64,000 nt of DNA. It comes from a virus. The notes under the pieces were generated by a model. It was not told where the DNA came from. It searched no databases and saw only the letters and a program-made list of their open reading frames with translations. The position numbers were made by a program, and so were the translations under genes. The stretch's first letter is position 1; every line of letters begins with the position of its first letter. Shown here piece after piece: positions 57,201 through 64,000 of this stretch. The stretch lies in the IMG/VR virus record IMGVR_UViG_3300025326_000023, positions 1 through 64,000 of that record; one strand, given 5' to 3'.

Positions 57201-57914
57201 GTCGCTCAACGGAGAACCGGAACTTGCGTCCAACGTGGGTTCGGGACCCGCGCCGCGTTCGGCTCGCAGCGGGGCGGGTGGGGGCGGGCCGAGCGAGAAG
57301 GTCTCCTCGGCTTGCAGGACGGGGCTGTCGGTCTGGAGTGCAGGAGTCCCTGGCGCGACGGGCTGGGGCGGTGAGTCGCGGGGCGCGGCGGGCGGGATGG
57401 AGAACGGCGACGGCACGGGAGTGGAGGGACGGCGCACTGGTGGAGTGGGCGCAGCGGCCAAAGGCCGCTCAGCGGTGGGGCGCAAGGGCGCTGCGCCATC
57501 GTCGCCGGGGGCCGGGGGCATGTCGGTGGCGGCCACGGCCGGCGGGTCCCCGGCTGGGCCGGACGGTACCTCGCCGTCCGAGATTGCGTTGTCCGAGATT
57601 GCGCTGTCCGGGACGGGATCGCTGAGAGCAGGAGGCGCCGCGGGCGGGGTCGGGAGACCCGCGCCCAACATTCGCTCGGGCTCCGCGCCCGGCGCGGGCT
57701 CCGACTGCTCGGGGGTGGTGGCGGATGGGATGTCCGTGCGGAGCGCCAGCAGCGGGTTGGCGGCCGACTGGGCGATTAGGCGGTCTTGTCGCGTGGCTGG
57801 TGGCGGGCCTGGGACGGGTTGCGCGGCGGCGTCCGCGGGCAGCAATCCCGCGGTGCGCAGCAACGTTTCCAGCCGTTCCAGGCGTGCGTGGAGATCATCG
57901 AGAGTGCGGGCCAT
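54291..57914 (-). CDS. 1207-aa Pro/Ala/Ser/Thr-rich protein with coiled-coil termini
   Basis: Long ORF directly after the tail tube gene; repeated LGAGLPTPP. Confidence 0.7.
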   Translation of the reverse strand: MARTLDDLHARLERLETLLRTAGLLPADAAAQPVPGPPPATRQDRLIAQSAANPLLALRTDIPSATTPEQSEPAPGAEPERMLGAGLPTPPAAPPALSDPVPDSAISDNAISDGEVPSGPAGDPPAVAATDMPPAPGDDGAAPLRPTAERPLAAAPTPPVRRPSTPVPSPFSIPPAAPRDSPPQPVAPGTPALQTDSPVLQAEETFSLGPPPPAPLRAERGAGPEPTLDASSGSPLSDGPERQLGAGLPTPPAAPSTPPPLPRRSAIQPPAPLASSPPAPPSPTPSQPPPQPRIVQPQTASPTPATAPTPPTPSSDDWVHPALFREGYPPLPSWMVPGADQPRPEPATLPTWTATLLPPVQIGEGPEPALAPELDGLPAQPAPALGAGFERPLGAGLPTPPATAPQPGSPIPPVSLPSEPVTSRVIWAVLDTPAPPLAPLSLSAFAGPWERPPDAPSSASDSAPAPPPPLGAGLQSELGAGLPTPPTSHAILPPLPKAIPDALVGTTPTRPEPISATMRGKSSGTVPVTGDGADRLAPEPPITFATQAQATAIPPSDSGPARHPAPDLRSVPTTSPASAAEATPQTSAPSQDSVRYVLSSDHFLTPEPRPAVRFTKTPSPPQPAAPPAQSQRPATPLQAAIRPELPPAVNPPAPAAAPLPFRQPDFTTVISSTPPPIPRAPDVPMPALQPGPDIASDDLLTTLATGRTLAAPAPASPAPPAPPAPIASQTPPAPPPDPNREYWSTFLNEQFASPLPPPPAPPAPPPAPPPTPPPPATTEPAPNPKPASDARGETLTFSADLFPPPPAMAASPKPAPALDAGFAPLGAGLPTPPAPRPDIPVPPAPAPAPRTDSERALDAAVGAGLPASPPRPADPVTVTLPARADWDQPAAPAAAPTLPPPAPPAPPAQPTRLPTPALESARPVQPVQPAAAARPLPAKPPIPSSRPGPPDRPERPPAAAPALDAGPAPLGEALPPASPPPPPPDATEVQPSDVYGQSSDGLLGHLLNRLRQSQLEALPTVPAEPSRTPAGTPAGAPDRAPVRRESPPVRRESPGPPRPAPPPGAPAGMAETQVSDVYVQPPGSPPAREPTPDEKYQAAMLRVQENARRDQQAREEQLAARGRYIPKSWFEFSGADDSRTGTPPVRGGVMILPPTPGAEEDADRKFAVEVRDTNKAIAHLLSRMADELQRVRLRVESIESDLESKQY
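55417..57669. repeat. Dispersed 27-bp REP-like hairpin GGCGGGGTCGGGAGACCCGCGCCCAAC inside the CDS
   Basis: Copies at 55417, 56458, 56713, 57160 and 57643; partial copies at 55317 and 56492. Confidence 0.85.
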
Positions 57915-57917
57915 CGT

Positions 57918-58895
57918 TTAGCCGATGACGTTCGTCACCGTGATTTCCGGGGCATCGGTCGATTCGTCGCCATAGGCCTCGCCGCGGATCGAGAAGGCCA
58001 CTTCGTTTTCGTCGTACACATGCGGCGATTCGTCGGGGACTTTGAGGTTTTCGACGTTGATCGTCGTGGAGTGCGTATCGCCGCCGTTGGTGTACGTGAA
58101 GATCATCTCGGCTGCCGCTCCGGCGTAGCCCTGGTCGTAGAGGTCCTGATTGGCCACTGTCCAGGGCAGCGCGCATTCCAGCGCGACCTTGCGGCCTGTC
58201 GGGCAGATGGAGCTGGCCGTCAGGCTGTTGGCGTAGCGGATCGAGAGGTTATTCTCGTAGGTCAGTTTGAAGGCGTAGATCTCGCGGACTTCGCCGTTGA
58301 GGGTTACGCCGCCGTCGCAATCCTGGAAGATATAGGGCGCGTACGAGGTGCCGGTCGGCAGGTCCGGTTCGCTGACGGGCCAGGTGGGGGCGGGGCTACT
58401 GTAGAAGCCCGCCTCGTCCTCGAACAGCACGTCCACCTCCAGGAGCAGCAGGTCCGGCGTGGCCTGCTCGCGGAACTGGGGCGCGCGGCCGGTCAATTCC
58501 CAGCGTGCCACGCGGCCGTCCAGGTACTTCCAGACGTCCACGTCGCGGTGCAGCAGGGCGCCGAACACGTTGGGGCAGGTGTTGGGCGAGAACACGTCCG
58601 TCACTTCGTCGCCGACCAGTTTCGGGAGCAGCGTGTTGAGATAGCCCGGGCTGGGGTTCAGGCGGAACTTGCCGTAGACGTAGTAGCCGCCGTCGCGGAC
58701 GCGGCTTTTCAAGCGGTACATCTTGCCGGTGATGCCTTGGCCGCCGATCAGTCGCCCGTGGCGTTGAAAGTCTTCGGCGTCGGGAGGGAGGATTTCGTAC
58801 CGTTCGGAGTTGGCGTCGAAGGTGTGGGGGCTGGCGCCGGGTTCCAGCAACAGTTTGACGAAAACGCCCATCGCGGGACAGTTCGTGCACGACAT
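57918..58895 (-). CDS. Tail tube-like protein
   Basis: 325 aa, acidic and beta-rich; FKLTYENNL...GRKV.LE; AGGAG RBS. Confidence 0.6.
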   Translation of the reverse strand: MSCTNCPAMGVFVKLLLEPGASPHTFDANSERYEILPPDAEDFQRHGRLIGGQGITGKMYRLKSRVRDGGYYVYGKFRLNPSPGYLNTLLPKLVGDEVTDVFSPNTCPNVFGALLHRDVDVWKYLDGRVARWELTGRAPQFREQATPDLLLLEVDVLFEDEAGFYSSPAPTWPVSEPDLPTGTSYAPYIFQDCDGGVTLNGEVREIYAFKLTYENNLSIRYANSLTASSICPTGRKVALECALPWTVANQDLYDQGYAGAAAEMIFTYTNGGDTHSTTINVENLKVPDESPHVYDENEVAFSIRGEAYGDESTDAPEITVTNVIG

Positions 58896-59085
58896 ATCAG
58901 ATCTCCTGCACAGGCAGATTGGCTTGAATCGCGCGCAGCCTTACTACGGGCTGCGATTGTCGTGCGACCGGCGCCATGCCGGGAGACAGAGCGCGGAGGC
59001 AAACGCCCTGTCGTCCCGGAACATGGCGCCAAGACAAAATGGGGTGGGGAGGTGATGGGCGGCGGCGTAGTGGCAAGATGGCATT

Positions 59086-59469
59086 TTAGTGCGATGGGGC
59101 AGGCTCCGCAAGGTAAATCTGGCCCGCCACTAACGTCCGGCGCGGCGCGTGCAAGGAGATTTCGTCCAGGGCGTGCGTCCAGGGCTCGCCGGCGGCCAAC
59201 TGGGCGGTGGCGGAGCCGGCCAGCGCGATCCGAATCTGATCGGGGTGGCCCCAGATGTATTCCAGAACGCCCTCGGATGGATCGCAGGTATGGGCGTTCA
59301 GGAGCAGCAGGCCGCGGCTCAGGCTGAGCAGGATCTGGGCGGCGCCGGGGGCGTCGCCGGGGGCTTGCAGCACGGTCCAGATCAGTTCGGACCAGGAGCC
59401 GATCGGTTCCGGGCAGGGCCAGGACCAGATGAAGGGTTGGCCGGGCAGCAGGGTCAGGTCGTGAGTCAA
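59086..59469 (-). CDS. Hypothetical protein (baseplate-upper-like possible)
   Basis: 127 aa; G.IYL C-terminal pattern. Confidence 0.45.
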   Translation of the reverse strand: MTHDLTLLPGQPFIWSWPCPEPIGSWSELIWTVLQAPGDAPGAAQILLSLSRGLLLLNAHTCDPSEGVLEYIWGHPDQIRIALAGSATAQLAAGEPWTHALDEISLHAPRRTLVAGQIYLAEPAPSH

Positions 59470-59515
59470 TGCCTAAATCCTAATGACGAATGACTAAGGA
59501 ATGGCGAAGTTCCAA

Positions 59516-59848
59516 TTACACGCAGCGGAGCAGGATATCGCGGACGCAGGTGCGGGCGGGCGAGCTGTTGGTGCCCACGCTGACCCGGACGCGGTATTCC
59601 GTGCCCGCCTTCTGGCCGCTGACCTTGAACTGGACGGCCTTGCCGGCCGCCACGTCCTTGTCGCGGATCGTGAGGGTTGCGCCGGAGACGGTTTTATTGG
59701 CGAAAGTCAGGTCGCTGGTGCGCTGTTCGGTGACCGTGGGGGAGCCGGTCAGGGATTCTCCGCTATCGAGGTATTCGGTGTAGTCGATGGCCACCACATC
59801 GACATCACCTTGGCTGATGGTCGGTTTCTGGGAAAGCGTAATCGGCAT
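59516..59848 (-). CDS. Fibre-tail adaptor-like protein
   Basis: VAIDYTEYLDSGESL...VSGQKAGTEYRV...T. Confidence 0.6.
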   Translation of the reverse strand: MPITLSQKPTISQGDVDVVAIDYTEYLDSGESLTGSPTVTEQRTSDLTFANKTVSGATLTIRDKDVAAGKAVQFKVSGQKAGTEYRVRVSVGTNSSPARTCVRDILLRCV

Positions 59849-59870
59849 CGGGAGTCCTCGTGATGCCTCC

Positions 59871-62594
59871 TCATGATGCCTCCTCTTCAACTTCGTAATG
59901 CAGCCGGTCGTGGGGCAGACTGAAGTGACTGCGCTGGTCGGGCAGTTCAAATTGCATCCGGTCGTCGTCCAGGGCAAACTGGCTGCGGTCGTCCGCCAAA
60001 GCGTAGTGGCTGCGGTCGTGGGGCAGCGACAGTTCGGTGCCGGGCAGGCTGGGCGGGACCACTAATTCCGGCGCCCAGATGGTGGCCAGCGCTGAGGTGA
60101 CGGGCAGCAGCAGCGCGGTGGCGTGCAGTGCGCCGGGGGCGGGCAGGCTGGCCAGCAGCGGCAGGCACGCCAGGACGCAGGTGGTGGCGTCCTGGATGGT
60201 GGGGGCGCTCGGCGAGGCGGCCAGCGCGGTGGCGGGCAGGGCTGGCCGGCTGCCGTCGCGGATCGCCGGCGCGGGCAGCACGCTCGATACCGCAAGCGCG
60301 GGCAGGGACAGAGCGCTGGCGTCGCGGATCGCCGGGGCGGGCAGGGTCGCCGCGGCGGCCAGGGTTGGCAAGGGCAAGGCGCTATCATCGCGGATCGCGA
60401 GCGCGGGGATCGACGCCAGCGACGTCACCACCGCCAGGCCGATCACGGTGTGTGTGACATCGAAAATCGTGGGCGGCCAGACGGCGGCTTGCAGCCCGAC
60501 GGCGGGCAGCACGATGATGCTGGAGGACAGCAAGGCCGGCGCAGGCGCGAGCGCAGAGGCGGACACGACAGGCAGGATCACGAGGCTCGCATCTCGGGCG
60601 GTTGGCGCGGGCAGCGCGGCCGAGGCTGCGATGGCGGGCAGCGCGGCCAAGGTGCCATCCACGATGGCCACGGGCCGCCCTTGTGGTGGCTCCCAGCCGG
60701 CTCCGGCGTTATAGAGCAAAGCCACTTCGCCGTCGCTCAGTGCGCGGTCCCACCAGCCGAAAGATTCGATGATGTCGCAAACGCTGACAGGGGCAGCATA
60801 GGTTTTCGCGCCCAACAGGAACCGGCTGGGCGCAATCGCCTGGGGTGTTGATGTCGGCTCCGAGGCTCTGAGGATCCCATCCACCCACAATTCGTCATAG
60901 CCGTTCTGGTTCACCAGGAAGCAGACGTGATGCCAATTGGTGTCGAAAAAGCTGCTGGGCACTGACTCCCACGTGAGACTGCCCTGATAGTAGATGCCCT
61001 CGATATAGTAGTCGCCGAACGAATAGAGCAGATCCACTTCGGCATGGCGCCCGGTCGACTGGTTGCGCAGTTCGAACGCATAGGCGGCTCCGTCGTCGGA
61101 AGCGGTGATCGTGCGGGTGAACCGGTACCAGAAGGAGACAGAGAAGGCGCTGCCCGTGTCGATTCCGGGGCTGGTCGTTTTGGGCACGCGAGCGGCGGTA
61201 TTGTTGTTGTCCCAGGCGTCGCCGTTGACTCCGGGCACGTAATGCGAGAGTCCGTCAGCCGAGCTCAGCGCGAGAGCCTGCACCAGATCCGTCAGGGTTC
61301 CGTTCAAGGGCCAGAAGGCCTGCAGTCCATCGTAGAGAGTCGGTTCCAGCATGACCCCCACGCCCGTGGTGGGCAGCGACACTGCAGTGGCGTCCTGAAT
61401 CAGGGGTGAGGCGAGGGAAGCCAGGCACGCAACCGCCTGCGGAAGGATCGCAGTTCCATCAACGGCAGTCGGCTGCAAGGGGGCGCTCGCGCAGGCGATG
61501 GCGGGCAGCGTGGCCAGGGTGCCGTCCCGGATGGTTGGCGCGCCCAAGGATGCGGCGCCGGGGATGGCGGGCAGCGGCAGCAGGGTCCCGTCCAAAAGTG
61601 CCGGCTCGGGCGGGCCGGCCGAGACGGCGATGGTCGGCAGCGGCAGGGCCGTGGCGTCGCGCAGCGCGGGAGCCGGCAGGGTGGCCAGGCAGGAGACCGT
61701 GGGGCAGGCGACTGAACTGCCATCGCGGATCGCCGGCGCGGGCAGCACGCTCGATACCGCAAGCGCGGGCAGGGCCACGGTGCCGGCGTCGCGGATCGCC
61801 GGCGCGGGCAGGCTGACCGCCGCCGCCAGGGCGGGAAGTTGAATCAGGCTGGCCTGGGCTGCCGCGGCGGGCAGGTAGACCCTGCGCGGTAGCGGCAGAT
61901 AGATCCCGCAGCGCCCGGCCTGGTACAACCGCAGCACTTCCTCGGCGGTTAGGGCGCGGTTGTAGAGTTTGGCGTCGTCCCATTTGCCTTTGAGCAAATA
62001 GCCGCCCTGGGAGGCACCGATCGTCGGAGCGGAGGAGAGCGTGATCGTGCTGTCGCCAGTTTGGGTGCTGCAGGCTGCGCCGTTCTGGTAGAAGATCCAG
62101 CCATTAGCGCCCGGCTTGGAGGAGATGGTGACCAGGTGCCAGGCGCGGCGGTCCGAGAGGTTGCCCGCTCCCACGGTGACGCGACCCGCGCGAAACGTGC
62201 CGTCGTAGATATTGCCGTCGCCCCAGGTGTAGTGAGACGCGTAATCCGCTGTATTCCAAAACCAGGCGCCATTGCCGCTGCTCGGCGTATGTTCGATGAG
62301 CGAGAGCCAGAAGGAGAACGTGGCTTCGGTAGAGACCAGGGCCGAGATATTAGGCAGCGTCAGGATGCTGGTCCCATAGAATCCGCTGAAGGATTGCAGG
62401 GACCAGCGCCCCTCGGAGGTCTGCCAATGGGGCAGTCCTGCTCCGGCGGTGAGAGTGCCGCCGCGTCCTTGGCCGGTGCTGTCGGCGATCTTGGCGTTGT
62501 CGGTGTTGCCAAGGCCGGGGGCCCAGGCCCCGATCAGCCCTCGCCAGAGGCTGGGATAGCGGGATTCAGAGGCTGCGCGAGCGTACTGCGGCAT
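59871..62594 (-). CDS. Virion fibre/decoration protein with two LamG/ConA-like domains and ~25-aa spacer repeats
   Basis: WHLVT...YNRALTAEEV and WHHV...WDRALSDGEV; repeated LPAPAIRD; an identical ~50-bp segment near 60257 and 61724. Confidence 0.75.
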   Translation of the reverse strand: MPQYARAASESRYPSLWRGLIGAWAPGLGNTDNAKIADSTGQGRGGTLTAGAGLPHWQTSEGRWSLQSFSGFYGTSILTLPNISALVSTEATFSFWLSLIEHTPSSGNGAWFWNTADYASHYTWGDGNIYDGTFRAGRVTVGAGNLSDRRAWHLVTISSKPGANGWIFYQNGAACSTQTGDSTITLSSAPTIGASQGGYLLKGKWDDAKLYNRALTAEEVLRLYQAGRCGIYLPLPRRVYLPAAAAQASLIQLPALAAAVSLPAPAIRDAGTVALPALAVSSVLPAPAIRDGSSVACPTVSCLATLPAPALRDATALPLPTIAVSAGPPEPALLDGTLLPLPAIPGAASLGAPTIRDGTLATLPAIACASAPLQPTAVDGTAILPQAVACLASLASPLIQDATAVSLPTTGVGVMLEPTLYDGLQAFWPLNGTLTDLVQALALSSADGLSHYVPGVNGDAWDNNNTAARVPKTTSPGIDTGSAFSVSFWYRFTRTITASDDGAAYAFELRNQSTGRHAEVDLLYSFGDYYIEGIYYQGSLTWESVPSSFFDTNWHHVCFLVNQNGYDELWVDGILRASEPTSTPQAIAPSRFLLGAKTYAAPVSVCDIIESFGWWDRALSDGEVALLYNAGAGWEPPQGRPVAIVDGTLAALPAIAASAALPAPTARDASLVILPVVSASALAPAPALLSSSIIVLPAVGLQAAVWPPTIFDVTHTVIGLAVVTSLASIPALAIRDDSALPLPTLAAAATLPAPAIRDASALSLPALAVSSVLPAPAIRDGSRPALPATALAASPSAPTIQDATTCVLACLPLLASLPAPGALHATALLLPVTSALATIWAPELVVPPSLPGTELSLPHDRSHYALADDRSQFALDDDRMQFELPDQRSHFSLPHDRLHYEVEEEAS

Positions 62595-62657
62595 TTAGGC
62601 GGCTGCCCGATTCCGGTCGCCAATGGAAACGAAAGTCAGTGCCGGGGCGGGCGCCGA

Positions 62658-63107
62658 CTAGGCCTGCGCGATGGTGATCAGCCCGCTGGCATTGATCTGG
62701 ACGGTGAAGTTGCCGCCGCCCAAAGCCCGCGGCAGCAGCCCGCCGCTGTCCGTGTCGATGTACAGCAGGGGCACGTCGCCGGTGCCGCCATCCACATAGC
62801 GGACCACCAGCACCGCCTTGACGGTCTGGCCGGCTTCCAGGTTGCCGAAATCCGCGTCCGCGCAGTCGATTTTCACCAGGTCCGAGCCATCCACCGCGCT
62901 GATCGTGGGCGTGGTGATAGTCTCGTGCGCGTAGCTGGCCACGCTGACTTCAACCCAGCCGGTGAAATCCAGCACGGTGTCGTGGTCCTTGTCGGGCGTG
63001 TAGGTGCTGGTGCTGCGTTCCAGCCGCACTTTCCAGGTGGCCGTATCGAAGGTCTTGGTATTGGTGAGGAGATCGACGACGCCGGCTTGATAGAGGATAT
63101 TGGCCAT
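62658..63107 (-). CDS. Virion structural protein
   Basis: WKVRL...Y.PD.DH...LLYID...GGNFTVQ..ASG pattern common in phage tail regions. Confidence 0.65.
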   Translation of the reverse strand: MANILYQAGVVDLLTNTKTFDTATWKVRLERSTSTYTPDKDHDTVLDFTGWVEVSVASYAHETITTPTISAVDGSDLVKIDCADADFGNLEAGQTVKAVLVVRYVDGGTGDVPLLYIDTDSGGLLPRALGGGNFTVQINASGLITIAQA

Positions 63108-63145
63108 ATGGTTGGGTCCTTGGGTCAGGTCTGGGATTGAGGGGA

Positions 63146-63673
63146 TCAGGCGGCTGCCTGAATATCGTCGCTGCTGGGAATCAGGCGAATCTTGTGATCG
63201 GCGTCCACGTTGGTGGTGGTCTGGCCGCTGCCGTTGAGCCAGACCAGGCAGCCGTAGCGGGCCGCCGGGCGGAACCAGCCGGGCTGCACCAGGCCGCGCT
63301 GCGGGCCGGCGTTGTTCACGAGCACCAGCGAACCGAGGAAATCGAGCTGTTTGACGCTGTTGGCCGCATCGCTGCTGTAGCCGGTGTAGGCGGCGTCTGC
63401 GCCCGTCAGGTTAGCCTGGTTGTTGGTGCCGGCGGTGGCGTTGTCGCTGTAGCCCATCCAGAGGTCCATCGTCAGGCCGGCGGTGGGCGCCGAGCCAAAC
63501 TTGTTGATGCACTCGACTCGCCAATCCTGGTCCCAGGCCGCGCCGAAGTCGATCTTGTCGGACTGCCGGTAGGTGGCGGTGGCCAAGTTTTTCATGGTCA
63601 GCACGTGGGTATCGCTGTTGGTGCCCAGGGTGATGATCGTGCCGGCTTTGCGTTTGACGGTTTGGGTGGTCAT
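63146..63673 (-). CDS. Virion structural protein (beta-sandwich)
   Basis: 175 aa, Thr/Ala/Gly-rich. Confidence 0.6.
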   Translation of the reverse strand: MTTQTVKRKAGTIITLGTNSDTHVLTMKNLATATYRQSDKIDFGAAWDQDWRVECINKFGSAPTAGLTMDLWMGYSDNATAGTNNQANLTGADAAYTGYSSDAANSVKQLDFLGSLVLVNNAGPQRGLVQPGWFRPAARYGCLVWLNGSGQTTTNVDADHKIRLIPSSDDIQAAA

Positions 63674-63674
63674 G

Positions 63675-63920
63675 CTACAGTTCCCGCGCTACTTTAAGTT
63701 GGTCGTACTGTTCGATGGCGTCTTCCACCGCGTCCCAGGGCCGGGCGCCGCGCCCGGTGAACAGGTTATCGCCCGGCGGCGGGCGCCAATCGCAGCACCA
63801 GATTTTTGCCTCGGACTCGAACCGCCGCAGGCACACGTCGCCGTCCATGGTCTCCAACATTCGGCACCAGACGGTCGAACAGGACGGGTCCGCCTTGAAC
63901 GCCTTCTGAGGCCCGGACAT
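63675..63920 (-). CDS. Hypothetical protein
   Basis: 81-aa ORF packed against the next gene. Confidence 0.45.
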   Translation of the reverse strand: MSGPQKAFKADPSCSTVWCRMLETMDGDVCLRRFESEAKIWCCDWRPPPGDNLFTGRGARPWDAVEDAIEQYDQLKVAREL

Positions 63921-64000
63921 CTCCGCATCTCCTACGGCCCCCAGATTCTGGCTAAGTAGCTAGCGCCGAGCGCCACCAGCAGCGCGATGACGACAACCGC

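Noticed and set aside
59871-62594. Internal duplication in the fibre gene as a DGR template/variable repeat pair
   Set aside because: The copies are identical rather than adenine-variable, and no reverse transcriptase is present in the window.
2135-63959. Many long overlapping ORFs in the six-frame track (e.g. 2770..4596-, 7510..9069-, 25690..27366+, 48828..50621+)
   Set aside because: These are shadow ORFs of GC-rich genes, with biased composition and no recognisable motifs.

Overview
This window is a GC-rich tailed-phage or prophage segment. The host is probably a Planctomycete, inferred from a DUF1580-like gene, Planctomycete-style ClpC N-domain genes and the integrase. The + strand from 2.3 to 20.2 kb carries a head/packaging module: scaffold, major capsid, decoration protein, TerS, TerL, portal, adaptors and a giant internal-virion-like protein. 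The - strand from 47 to 64 kb carries tail and virion genes. Between them lies an accessory region with a tyrosine integrase, an XRE regulator, two stand-alone Clp-N domain genes, a sigma-70 region-4 gene and a large glycan-modification cluster. Three LAGLIDADG inteins are present: a Pro-initiated class 3 intein in TerL, one in the giant virion protein and one in an epimerase. The standout is at 20.3-22.4 kb: a compact (~453 aa) Cas12f/TnpB-like gene that lacks the RuvC-I Asp, the zinc finger and RuvC-III, so it appears nuclease-dead. It sits between an 8-repeat CRISPR array with a leader and a divergent 3-repeat mini-array carrying a 16-nt spacer, and no cas1/cas2 is visible in the window. 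This is a candidate phage-encoded RNA-guided DNA-binding or regulatory system. Many gene junctions also carry AATGAnn heptamer tracts with an AATG(T/C/A)CTAA core, and a REP-like hairpin recurs in frame inside a Pro-rich gene in the tail region. All family calls come from motif recognition by eye; no searches were run.
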